Virus record (IMG/VR): IMGVR_UViG_3300045988_042241 | Span: 1 to 39,168 of that record | Source of the DNA: a virus | Direction: 5' to 3' (one strand) | DNA length: 39,168 bases | In this document: positions 1-7,371 of the stretch, piece by piece | How positions within the stretch are numbered: the first letter of the stretch is position 1 | Layout: each line of letters begins with the position of its first letter | Notes under the pieces: model-generated | What the model was told of the DNA's origin: nothing | Databases searched by the model: none | The model's input: only the letters and a program-made list of their open reading frames with translations | Made by a program: the position numbers and the translations under genes

Positions 1-84
1 AATCAGGGCCTTTGCGACGGATTTTACCAGCAGGCGCAGCTTGTCAACGGCACCAACATGGCGATGGCAAACGGCTTTGCACAG
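1..84. repeat. Terminal direct repeat copy 1 (identical to 39085..39168); assembly overlap of a circular or terminally redundant molecule
   Basis: Letter-for-letter identity of the first and last 84 nt. An ORF is continuous across the junction. Confidence 0.95.
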
Positions 85-486
85 GCCGAGCTTTCCCGCA
101 GCAACCAGCAGGCGGCTCTCATGCAGCAGTTGACTGCCATGCAGATGCAGGCCGCTGAGTGCTGCTGCAACCAGCGGGCCGACACGGCACAGCTCCGGTA
201 TGACATGGCTACGCAGGGCTGCGACACCCGCAACACCATCCAGACCGCAACGCGGGACATCATCGACAACGCCAACAGCAACAGCCGCGCGATCCTCGAT
301 TTCTTGACCCAGAGCAAGCTGCAAGATCTCCAGAGCGCCAATCAGGAGCTGCGTCTGGCTGCCTCTCAGGCCGCCCAGAACAACTATCTGATCTCCCAGC
401 TTCGGCCCACGCCCATCCCGGCGTACCAGTCCTGCAACCCTTGGGCGGCAGGCACGTACAACGGCTGCGGTGGCTGCGGCTGCTGA
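1..486 (+). CDS. 3' part of a junction-spanning gene (5' part at 38839..39168): membrane-anchored, Q/N/A-rich coiled-coil-like, Cys-rich hypothetical protein
   Basis: Position 1 is in frame with ATG 38839. Contains an AECCCNQ motif and a C-terminal GCGGCGC; stop TGA at 484..486. Confidence 0.8.
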   Translation, partial: NQGLCDGFYQQAQLVNGTNMAMANGFAQAELSRSNQQAALMQQLTAMQMQAAECCCNQRADTAQLRYDMATQGCDTRNTIQTATRDIIDNANSNSRAILDFLTQSKLQDLQSANQELRLAASQAAQNNYLISQLRPTPIPAYQSCNPWAAGTYNGCGGCGC

Positions 487-555
487 CAACTGCACAATGT
501 AGCTTCCCGGCGGCATGACCGGGATGATCGGCCCCATGCCGATACTGACAACAAC

Positions 556-579
556 GCGGCGGGGCAGTAGCCCCGCCGC
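556..579 (+). terminator. GC-rich hairpin (10-bp stem GCGGCGGGGC / GCCCCGCCGC, loop AGTA); possible attenuator or terminator
   Basis: Perfect inverted repeat read directly. Only a weak T-tract follows. Confidence 0.35.
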
Positions 580-602
580 TGTTACATGAAAGGATTGATT
601 TT

Positions 603-1025
603 ATGGCTGAGTATACTAACTCCAATATTGTTGAGGTCGCGGCAGGCCAAAATGTGCCGCTGACTGAGACAGCGGTCAACAGCAAGCCCTGCATCGTGCA
701 CCGTGAGGGCGCGGGCATTGTGACCCTGCGGGGCCTTACCAACCAGTGCAAGGCCCGTTTCCGGGTGACGTTTGGCGGCAACATTGCTATCCCCACCGGC
801 GGCACGGTGGAGGCCATTACCGCCGCGCTGGCTATCAACGGTGAGCCGCTGACCAGCGCCACGGCCACCGTGACCCCGGCTGCCGTGGAAAACTATTTTA
901 ACATTTTTGTCAGCGCCATTGTGGAGGTTCCCCGTGGCTGCTGCCTGACGGTGGCAATGGAAAACACCAGCACGCAGGCAATCAATTTTGCCAACTCCAA
1001 CCTGACGGTTGACCGGGTAAGCTAA
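603..1025 (+). CDS. Hypothetical beta-rich protein, 140 aa (weak resemblance to BclA-CTD / spore-appendage-type jelly-roll proteins)
   Basis: ATG preceded by GAAAGGA. Alternating hydrophobic beta-strand pattern and a CC pair near the C-terminus. Function not established. Confidence 0.6.
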   Translation: MAEYTNSNIVEVAAGQNVPLTETAVNSKPCIVHREGAGIVTLRGLTNQCKARFRVTFGGNIAIPTGGTVEAITAALAINGEPLTSATATVTPAAVENYFNIFVSAIVEVPRGCCLTVAMENTSTQAINFANSNLTVDRVS

Positions 1026-1036
1026 GGAGGTACATT

Positions 1037-1447
1037 ATGGGTATGCAATCTATGTATGAGCTGCGGGAGATGCTGTGCCGTGAGCTGGACGAGCTGACCC
1101 GCAAGGGCGAGCTGGGCGCCGGTGATCTGGACATTGCCCACAAGCTGACGGACACCATCAAAAATATCGACAAGATCGACCGTCTGGAGGACGATGGGTA
1201 CAGCCGGGGTATGGATTACTCCCGGGGCCGCTACTCCCGGGACGGAAACTGGGAGGCGGACATGAGGGGCACCTATGGCCGCGGCAACTCCTATGAGCGG
1301 CAGGGCACGCACTACGTCCGGGGCCACTACAGCCGCGCCGAGGGCAAGTCCGCTATGCGTCGGCAGCTGCAGGAGATGCTGGACGAGGCAGACAACGATA
1401 CTATCCGCAGCGCCATCCAGCGGTGCATGGATGCCGTGGAGGTCTAA
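1037..1447 (+). CDS. Hypothetical protein, 136 aa, helical ends with a central R/G/Y/S-rich low-complexity segment
   Basis: Strong RBS TAAGGAGG 7 nt before the ATG; follows the previous stop by 11 nt. Confidence 0.75.
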   Translation: MGMQSMYELREMLCRELDELTRKGELGAGDLDIAHKLTDTIKNIDKIDRLEDDGYSRGMDYSRGRYSRDGNWEADMRGTYGRGNSYERQGTHYVRGHYSRAEGKSAMRRQLQEMLDEADNDTIRSAIQRCMDAVEV

Positions 1448-1462
1448 GGGGGTGCAGTCCCC

Positions 1463-1960
1463 ATGATCGACGAGCAAGAGCTGGGATTGTGGATCAAGCG
1501 TCTGGAGGCCGAGGACTCCAGCTGGCGCAATTATGAGCGGCTGGCTATCCTGTATGCCATCCGGGACCGGTTGACCGGCGGCACCGCTCCGGCTAAAGCC
1601 TTAACGCAGCGGGACACCGTGCTCCGCTGGAAAATGGATTTTACCCGGGCAGAAGCGGAAAAGTGGGCGGCGGGGCTGGAAAACGCAGACGGGACCACCG
1701 GCCCGCACTGGCCCATTGAGCAGACCGCCGCGCTGGCGGACAGCATGGGCATTACGCAGGAGCAGGTGCCCGCGTGGTGCTGGTGGATCACCGTCAACAT
1801 GATGTACGCCGACTACGGCGAGGTGGCCCTGCACTATGGCATCAAGACGGTGGGCTTTTTTGGCGAGATGGCGCAGGCGTTTTTGCTCGACCGGGATGGA
1901 CCCGGCTACCGCGACAAGCTGGCGGCCTACTATTTTGGCATCGTCAAGGCCGCAAAATAG
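1463..1960 (+). CDS. Hypothetical protein, 165 aa
   Basis: RBS AAGGGGG upstream of the ATG. Last gene before attP; stop TAG at 1958..1960. Confidence 0.7.
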   Translation: MIDEQELGLWIKRLEAEDSSWRNYERLAILYAIRDRLTGGTAPAKALTQRDTVLRWKMDFTRAEAEKWAAGLENADGTTGPHWPIEQTAALADSMGITQEQVPAWCWWITVNMMYADYGEVALHYGIKTVGFFGEMAQAFLLDRDGPGYRDKLAAYYFGIVKAAK

Positions 1961-1982
1961 TGGGCAATAGATGGGCAATAGA
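1961..1982 (+). repeat. attP arm-type site pair (TGGGCAATAGA x2 in tandem)
   Basis: Two perfect 11-bp tandem copies about 80 bp left of the tRNA-like core. The same motif recurs at 2146..2167. Confidence 0.6.
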
Positions 1983-2025
1983 CCGCTTTTTTTGACAATT
2001 TTAGGCCACTTTGCAAAATAAAAAG

Positions 2026-2058
2026 AAAACCTGTAACCGTTGCGGTTACAGGTTTTCT
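2026..2058. terminator. Bidirectional rho-independent terminator
   Basis: 14-bp perfect stem AAAACCTGTAACCG / CGGTTACAGGTTTT with loop TTG, an A-tract before and a T-tract after. Confidence 0.8.
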
Positions 2059-2106
2059 TGGTCCGAGTGGCGAGACTTGAACTCACGACCCCTTGACCCC
2101 CAGTCA
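2059..2106 (-). other. attP core: 3' half of a tRNA (Pro-like, anticodon loop CUGGGGG) from the anticodon stem to CCA
   Basis: The reverse complement reads TGA-CTGGGGG-TCAAG-GGGTC-GTGAG-TTCAAGT-CTCGC-CACTCGG-A-CCA. This gives a canonical T-arm, acceptor 3' strand, discriminator A and CCA. No D-arm or 5' acceptor strand lies upstream. Confidence 0.7.
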
Positions 2107-2130
2107 TAAAAAATGCGTTGATTTGCAACG
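2107..2130 (-). terminator. Weak terminator downstream of the integrase gene
   Basis: Minus strand reads CGTTG-CAAAT-CAACG followed by a TTTTTT run. Confidence 0.4.
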
Positions 2131-2145
2131 GACGCAGCGGTTTTG

Positions 2146-2167
2146 TGGGCAACAAGTGGGCAATAGA
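2146..2167 (+). repeat. attP arm-type site pair (TGGGCAACAAG + TGGGCAATAGA)
   Basis: Tandem copies in the same orientation as 1961..1982, between the core and the integrase stop codon. Confidence 0.6.
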
Positions 2168-2173
2168 ACGCCA

Positions 2174-3328
2174 CTATATCTTGTCCGTGATCTGCCGCAA
2201 ATCGTCCAGATCGACATCCTGATAATAGCGGAGCTGCTCATCGCTGGCGTGGCCAATCAAGGACAATTTGTCTTTATCCGCACCGGGGACACGCTTGAGA
2301 AGTGTGGCAAAGGTATGGCGGCAGCTGTGGGGGGTGTAGGTGTGCTTTTGTTGGCCGTTGACGTCAAAGGTGGGATTTGGTAGGCCGAGGGCGTCCAGCA
2401 GGTCATAAAACATCTGGCGGTATGCCTTAATATCCAGACTGCCGCTCTCCGGAGCGCAAAAGACCTGACCGGCGGTGCGGGTGCCGATCTGCCGGTCTAT
2501 GATAGACTGGATTTTTGGAGAGACCGTGACGGTGCGGTTTTTCCCGGCGGACGTTTTGGCGCCACCAACAAAACATTGTTTGGCGCGGTCGTAATCGGAC
2601 ACATCCAGCGCCAGAAACTCCGAGGGGCGGAAGCCGAGATAGCACTGAGCCAGCACGTAGTCTGCGCCGGGGACTGTCCCGGCAGCCTGACGGATGGCCT
2701 CCAGATACTCCGGCGGAAGGCCCACGCCGCCCACGCCCTCTTTGCCACTAACTGTCAGATAGTCCGCGAGGTTGAGGGCGGCAGAAAAATACCCGCGCGG
2801 AATGCCGTACTTATACATGAGGCCCGCCGTGGTCCGCATATTGCGTCGGGTGGACTTGCCACGGGGACAATCGTCAATGCACTCCTGCAGATCGTCCACA
2901 TCCACATCAGCGCAGCGCTCATTATAGAGCGGGGCAAAATATTTAATGGCGGCCTTGTAGTTGCCCAGCGTGTCTGGCCCCGCCCGGTGGGTGGGGAGCC
3001 ACAGGTCATAGAGCTGCCGCCACGTAGTTTTGGCCTTTTTGTCCTGCCGGACCGCAGCGCGGCGGTTAGGGTCCAGCAGCGGCAGCGCCTCCACGGCGTC
3101 TTTTTTCCGGGCAAACGTTTTGGAGTTAGTCCGCTTATGGCGCACACCGTCGGCGTCCAGATAATACTGGACGCGCCGCGCAATATATTTGCCGTTTGGC
3201 AGACGGTAGACGCTGCCTTGACCGTTGCCCCGGCTTTTGGGACTGCGGGCGGTCTGCGCCTGTTTGGCTCCGCACCGGCAGCAGTACGGTCCGTCTGGCA
3301 CGTCCGCCTTACATTTTTTACAGATCAT
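2174..3328 (-). CDS. int: Tyrosine integrase with an N-terminal zinc ribbon
   Basis: N-terminus MICKKCKADVPDGPYCCRCG. Catalytic boxes LGFRPSE, HSCRHTFAT and LIGHASDEQLRYY. ATG 3328 chosen (2 nt after the upstream stop) instead of the longer ORF start at 3430. Confidence 0.9.
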   Translation of the reverse strand: MICKKCKADVPDGPYCCRCGAKQAQTARSPKSRGNGQGSVYRLPNGKYIARRVQYYLDADGVRHKRTNSKTFARKKDAVEALPLLDPNRRAAVRQDKKAKTTWRQLYDLWLPTHRAGPDTLGNYKAAIKYFAPLYNERCADVDVDDLQECIDDCPRGKSTRRNMRTTAGLMYKYGIPRGYFSAALNLADYLTVSGKEGVGGVGLPPEYLEAIRQAAGTVPGADYVLAQCYLGFRPSEFLALDVSDYDRAKQCFVGGAKTSAGKNRTVTVSPKIQSIIDRQIGTRTAGQVFCAPESGSLDIKAYRQMFYDLLDALGLPNPTFDVNGQQKHTYTPHSCRHTFATLLKRVPGADKDKLSLIGHASDEQLRYYQDVDLDDLRQITDKI

Positions 3329-3330
3329 CC

Positions 3331-3765
3331 CTACCACCGCCAGATGCCGTAGTCGGCGCAGTGGATGTCCTCCCATATGCACCAGACAATTAGCCCCACG
3401 ATCAGCAGGGACAAGCCGAAGATGATCCAACGGTACAGCTTGACGGAGTGGCGGAGGTTGTGGAGCTCTGTTTCCATCAGGCCGATGGTCTGCCGCTTGT
3501 TTTCCAGCCGATGCTCCAGACCATCGGCCCGCTCCCGCAAGGTCTTTTCATCGGCGGTCAGATGGTCACCGATGCTAAAATACCCGTCGAGGGAGACGCC
3601 CAGCACCTTGCAGATGGGGGCCACGGTATAGACGGATGGTGACTTGGAGGCCGCCGAAAAAAATTTTTTGACGGTGCCGACCGGCAAGCCGGCGCTGTCG
3701 GCGATCTCCTGCATGGTAAGATTGAGATTTTCTTTTTTTGTTCTGCACATTTCCCACAAATCCAT
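3331..3765 (-). CDS. XRE-type HTH protein with a coiled coil and a C-terminal transmembrane anchor
   Basis: ATG 3765 with RBS AGAGGGGAAATT. HTH segment LTMQEIADSAGLPVGTVKKF. C-terminal WIIFGLSLLIVGLIVWCIW. Stop lies 2 nt before the int start. Confidence 0.75.
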   Translation of the reverse strand: MDLWEMCRTKKENLNLTMQEIADSAGLPVGTVKKFFSAASKSPSVYTVAPICKVLGVSLDGYFSIGDHLTADEKTLRERADGLEHRLENKRQTIGLMETELHNLRHSVKLYRWIIFGLSLLIVGLIVWCIWEDIHCADYGIWRW

Positions 3766-3989
3766 AATTTCCCCTCTTTTTTTCTCGGTTGCGGCCCTGC
3801 CCCACAGGGTCGACACGAATTTAGGCAAAAATTGTCGAATATGGCAGGCGGATTGCGTATATCCGCACTGCGGTTGCGCTCTGTCGCTTGCACGGACACG
3901 GGCAAGCCTGCTATGCTCAGCTTGCAGACAGGCGATGACCCCCAACACACGCCTCTCACCACGGGCGCTCCAAATCATCGCCGGGACGC

Positions 3990-4040
3990 ACAACGCCCCC
4001 GCCACTGTTGCAGAGGTGACGGGGGCGTTGTTATTTACTT
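3990..4040 (+). terminator. Orphan plus-strand terminator-like hairpin in a gene-free region
   Basis: 12-bp stem ACAACGCCCCCG / CGGGGGCGTTGT, 18-nt loop, followed by TATTTACTTT. No convincing plus-strand gene lies upstream. Confidence 0.4.
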
Positions 4041-4138
4041 TGTGTCATCCTCTGCTCAAATTTTTTTAAATACCACGGTGGCCGGAGGCGGTGGAAAAAG
4101 GGCCGACCTTGTTTAAACTGTTAATCAGCCCCATTGGA

Positions 4139-4588
4139 TTATTGCTCTTTTTCCAGTTTGACGGTCTGCGTCACGCCCATGGCAGAGACCTCGTAGCTCA
4201 AAACACCATCGGCGTAGCTAAACTTTTTCTCATCGTCCCCGCTGGCCAGCAGTGCCGTGCCGGTTTTGTCTTTGTCATTTTGGGACTGCCAAGTGTACGG
4301 CTCGTCCGCCGTGGTGGGGGCAGTGTAAGTACCGGCCCAATACAGCGCTTTCGTCTCACCGTTATCCGACACCCAGTAGACCTCAATGGTATCGCCCGCA
4401 ATTTCGGCGGATTGCCACGCATCCTCGGAGTTGCTGTTTGTCTGCTTCCACTCGCCGGTCAGATCCGGCGGCGTGGGTGGCTCTTGTTTCGCCGCGTTTT
4501 CGGTGCTGCCGCCACAAGCGGCAAGCATGGATACCAGCAAGGTCGCTGACATAATCCCGATGCATTTTTTGACGCTCAATCGATCCAT
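4139..4588 (-). CDS. Secreted lipoprotein (lysogeny-region moron)
   Basis: Signal peptide with lipobox LLVSMLAAC-GGS. ATG 4588 (a GTG at 4597 is also possible). Confidence 0.8.
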   Translation of the reverse strand: MDRLSVKKCIGIMSATLLVSMLAACGGSTENAAKQEPPTPPDLTGEWKQTNSNSEDAWQSAEIAGDTIEVYWVSDNGETKALYWAGTYTAPTTADEPYTWQSQNDKDKTGTALLASGDDEKKFSYADGVLSYEVSAMGVTQTVKLEKEQ

Positions 4589-4661
4589 GCGCTCCACATC
4601 CTATCTGTTAAAATTAGGCCGCAGCTATCGGCCTTTGGGTAACTATGATTGGAGGTACATC

Positions 4662-4799
4662 ATGAGCAGCCAGACCACAAACCGCACCGTGTCCGATTCC
4701 GCCCACGATTACGCGCTGGACCTGTTTGCCACGCTGTCCCCGGCGGCGCAGGCAGAGATCATTGCTCTTGCCGCTGCCGCTTTAGCATCTCCGCAATGA
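4662..4799 (+). CDS. Small protein (45 aa) resembling the C-terminal tail of the adjacent XRE repressor but lacking an HTH
   Basis: GGAGG 6 nt before the ATG. C-terminus LFATLSPAAQAEIIALAAAA compares with repressor IFDQLSPQAQNEIIAEML. The 3' end overlaps the convergent repressor gene by 41 nt. Confidence 0.55.
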   Translation: MSSQTTNRTVSDSAHDYALDLFATLSPAAQAEIIALAAAALASPQ

Positions 4800-5112
4800 T
4801 CTCATTTTGAGCCTGCGGAGATAGTTGGTCAAAAATCCGGGCAAATTCCTGCGTCAGTCCGCCTCCTTCGGGGGGCGGGCTTTTTTCTTCTTTCCCGGTC
4901 AGAATGTATTCCGCCGTGGTTCCCAGCGCTGCCGTAATCTGCGGCAGATACTTGGTGTAGGACTTGGAAGTCCTTTTTTTCCATTGGCTAACTCGCTGTG
5001 GTACAACGCCAATTTCAGCGGCAAAGTCCTTTTGCTCACGGTATTTTTCGTCCACCAGAGCAAAAAGACGGTCTACGGCATCCAATGTAATCACCCCCAG
5101 CAAAGTGTACAA
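4759..5112 (-). CDS. XRE/CI-type HTH repressor candidate
   Basis: HTH segment KDFAAEIGVVPQRVSQWKKR. Divergent from the rightward early genes. Start uncertain (TTG 5112 or a downstream TTG/GTG). Confidence 0.75.
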   Translation of the reverse strand: MYTLLGVITLDAVDRLFALVDEKYREQKDFAAEIGVVPQRVSQWKKRTSKSYTKYLPQITAALGTTAEYILTGKEEKSPPPEGGGLTQEFARIFDQLSPQAQNEIIAEMLKRQRQEQ

Positions 5113-5169
5113 TCACAATTATTGTTATTATGCAATATTTACAAAAATCTAAAATAAAGCAAAATGTTC

Positions 5170-5198
5170 TTGAAATTACAGAAAATGTGATTTATGAT
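5170..5198 (+). promoter_or_regulatory. Sigma-70-type promoter for the island operon
   Basis: TTGAAA, 17 nt, TATGAT. It is followed 5 nt later by CCATCAGGAAT (5203..5213), the same leader as at 7423..7433. Confidence 0.6.
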
Positions 5199-5315
5199 AT
5201 AGCCATCAGGAATAAGCGGAGAGAAAAGAAAGGTTATCGGAATTAACTGTGGTATTGGTGGATTGTGAATGGCAACGTAGATTTTAGGATAATTTGTGGG
5301 ATTTGAGGTGGTTGC

Positions 5316-5816
5316 ATGGCAAATAAAGTTTCTCTTCGCCAGTGGTATATAGAGCATAAAATATGCGTTTCCTGCGGACAGCGTGATGCATTTAACGGGA
5401 GACAGAAGTGCCCAGAATGTTTAGAAAAAGCGACTCTAAATAACATAAAATACAGGAGCCTTGAAAGGGAGCGCAGCTATTACCAGAGAAGAAAAGAAAA
5501 GCGGGATGCCCGGATATCCGCTGGATTATGCCCAATCTGTGGCAAAGCGGCAGTAAAAGGTCAACTGTGCCTTGAGTGCTATATGAAACATCAGAGAGGG
5601 CATGAAAAAGAAAAGCAACAACGCGCATTGCGCGGAGACCCTCGTAGAGAACGTATTAAAAATGGGCTGTGTTGGTTTTGTGATTCTCCGGCTTTAGAGG
5701 GGAAAAAGGTTTGTCAAAAACACTACGACGATATTCAGGCAAGATTTCACAACAGAGGAGGAGATGAACACCCGTGGGCCAAAGACGAAGCGGTGAGGCG
5801 TGCAAAACTCAAATAG
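5316..5816 (+). CDS. Basic protein with three tandem zinc-ribbon modules
   Basis: Modules CVSCG-x12-CPEC, CPICG-x9-CLEC and CWFC-x10-CQKH, each followed by a K/R-rich helix. RBS GAGGTGG. Confidence 0.75.
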   Translation: MANKVSLRQWYIEHKICVSCGQRDAFNGRQKCPECLEKATLNNIKYRSLERERSYYQRRKEKRDARISAGLCPICGKAAVKGQLCLECYMKHQRGHEKEKQQRALRGDPRRERIKNGLCWFCDSPALEGKKVCQKHYDDIQARFHNRGGDEHPWAKDEAVRRAKLK

Positions 5817-6610
5817 AGTCTTTCCGTGAGCATTTAGAGGACAAAGAGCTATCTGATAATACCGTAAGGGCTTACATAACTGCGATGGAACAGTTTTTTT
5901 CATCATTTGTGGAAATATCAAAGAAGAACGGCCTCGATTGGAAACGGGAACTGCAAGAAAAAGGATTGAAAGCGAAATCTATCAACATTAAGCTCAATGC
6001 CTTTAATTCGTTCTGCGGGATGGTTCACGATGATGGAAGCAAAGTCAAGACGATGCGCGTCCATCAGGCTACAGCTGTTAGTAATGTTATATCCGAACAA
6101 GACTACAAAAAGCTGCTGGATGGATTGAAAAATGATGGAAATATGCGCTGGTATTACAATATCAAGTTGCTTGCTTCAACTGGCGCCCGTGTCAGTGAGT
6201 ATGTGCGGCTTAAAAAAACAGATTTTTCAAGAGGATACGCGGAAATGTGGACGAAAGGAAAAATTAGAAGGATTTACATTCCGAAGTCATTTCTGAATGA
6301 AGCTGATGGGTATTATTCGAGTTTTGAGCCGGACGATTTTCTTGCCGTTGGACGAGACGGAGGGCAAATCACGACCAGAGGCGTTTCCCAAATGCTTATG
6401 ACGTTTGCTGCGCGGTATGGAATTGATAAAAAAGTCATGCATCCACACTCTTTTCGGCACATGTTTGCAATTCAGTTCCTGCGGCGGAACAACAACCTAT
6501 CTCTTCTGGCAGATGTTCTTGGGCATTCCAGTGTTTCGACGACAGCAATTTATACGCGGATGACAAAAGAGCAGCAGCAGGACGCAGTTAATAAAACGAT
6601 CAATTGGTAG
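5774..6610 (+). CDS. Second tyrosine recombinase (small Xer-like)
   Basis: Motifs TGARVSE, HPHSFRHMFA and LGHSSVSTTAIYTRM. GTG start overlaps the upstream gene by 43 nt, with no in-frame ATG before M38. Confidence 0.85.
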   Translation: MGQRRSGEACKTQIESFREHLEDKELSDNTVRAYITAMEQFFSSFVEISKKNGLDWKRELQEKGLKAKSINIKLNAFNSFCGMVHDDGSKVKTMRVHQATAVSNVISEQDYKKLLDGLKNDGNMRWYYNIKLLASTGARVSEYVRLKKTDFSRGYAEMWTKGKIRRIYIPKSFLNEADGYYSSFEPDDFLAVGRDGGQITTRGVSQMLMTFAARYGIDKKVMHPHSFRHMFAIQFLRRNNNLSLLADVLGHSSVSTTAIYTRMTKEQQQDAVNKTINW

Positions 6611-6618
6611 GTGTGAAA

Positions 6619-6954
6619 ATGGATATTGAAAGGCTTTACAAGAACTTTATAGCTGCTGGCCAACAGCCGTGTAACAGAGGAGATTCTCAGCTCGGAGCCA
6701 AAATGCATCAGTATAGGACTGCAAAACAGCAGTTGTTTGAAGCTTTAAAAGATGGCTATTTTTCTGGGGAATTATGCTCTGTTCTAGCGGATGAGATTGT
6801 TCAAACAATTTCTGAATCAACGCAGAATCCGGAATGCTTCTGGGGATCTTCCAAAACCGCTAAGAGTAATCAAGCAGTCTTTGTATATGAAAAGAATGAA
6901 CGTCTGTTTGAAGAACTTTTGCGATGCTGGATGGAAAAAGAGACGGTCATTTAG
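6619..6954 (+). CDS. Hypothetical protein, 111 aa (island)
   Basis: ATG 6619 lies just after the recombinase stop, with GGTAGGTG upstream. Confidence 0.6.
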   Translation: MDIERLYKNFIAAGQQPCNRGDSQLGAKMHQYRTAKQQLFEALKDGYFSGELCSVLADEIVQTISESTQNPECFWGSSKTAKSNQAVFVYEKNERLFEELLRCWMEKETVI

Positions 6955-7087
6955 TGGAATCGTCCCATTGGAAATAGACACGCCGACGAACTGCAAGACT
7001 TGGTAATTCGCAAAAATTAGGGTCAAACAGAACTCTGGCAAATTTCTTTGCTGCTCTCCAATATTTCACGATTGATCTTTGGCCCGT

Positions 7088-7330
7088 TCATAAGTGCTCC
7101 TTGCGGTGGCTCTGCGGATCATCCGTGCGGCCCAGCAGGTAGTCTACGGAGCAGTCCAGATAATCGGCAATTTTGGCAAGTGCTTCCAGCCTTGGATAAT
7201 ATCCGCCGGACTGCATACTGGACAGTGTATTAACACTTAGCGAGCAGTCTGACAGCATTTTACCAATGGCAATCTTTTTTGACTTTGCCAACGCCTTTAT
7301 GAGATTCGCAACTTCTTGTGAATTATTCAT
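7088..7330 (-). CDS. Small XRE-family HTH regulator (island)
   Basis: Motifs IGKMLSDCSLSVNTLSSMQSG and YLDCSVDYLLGRTDDP. Divergent from the operator-bearing promoter. Confidence 0.8.
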   Translation of the reverse strand: MNNSQEVANLIKALAKSKKIAIGKMLSDCSLSVNTLSSMQSGGYYPRLEALAKIADYLDCSVDYLLGRTDDPQSHRKEHL

Positions 7331-7371
7331 AAAAACAGCCTCGAAAAATTGTAGCGGTTCATAAAATCATG

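Noticed and set aside
1-84. The terminal repeat as an LTR/IS-type or biological DTR element
   Set aside because: The repeat lies in the middle of an ORF that is continuous across the junction, and it has no inverted-repeat or transposase context. An assembly overlap of a circular or concatemeric template is the simpler reading.
2059-2106. A functional tRNA gene
   Set aside because: Only the anticodon-loop-to-CCA half is present. The sequence beyond position 2106 does not form the anticodon-stem 5' strand, D-arm or acceptor 5' strand. It is interpreted as the attP core.
2174-3430. The long 418-aa version of the integrase
   Set aside because: The extension overlaps the upstream gene by about 100 nt. 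ATG 3328 gives a zinc-ribbon N-terminus immediately after the upstream stop.
3331-4005. The long 224-aa version of the HTH gene
   Set aside because: The first 80 codons are Arg/Ala/Cys-rich and lack an RBS. ATG 3765 has AGAGGGGAAATT upstream and starts right before the HTH.
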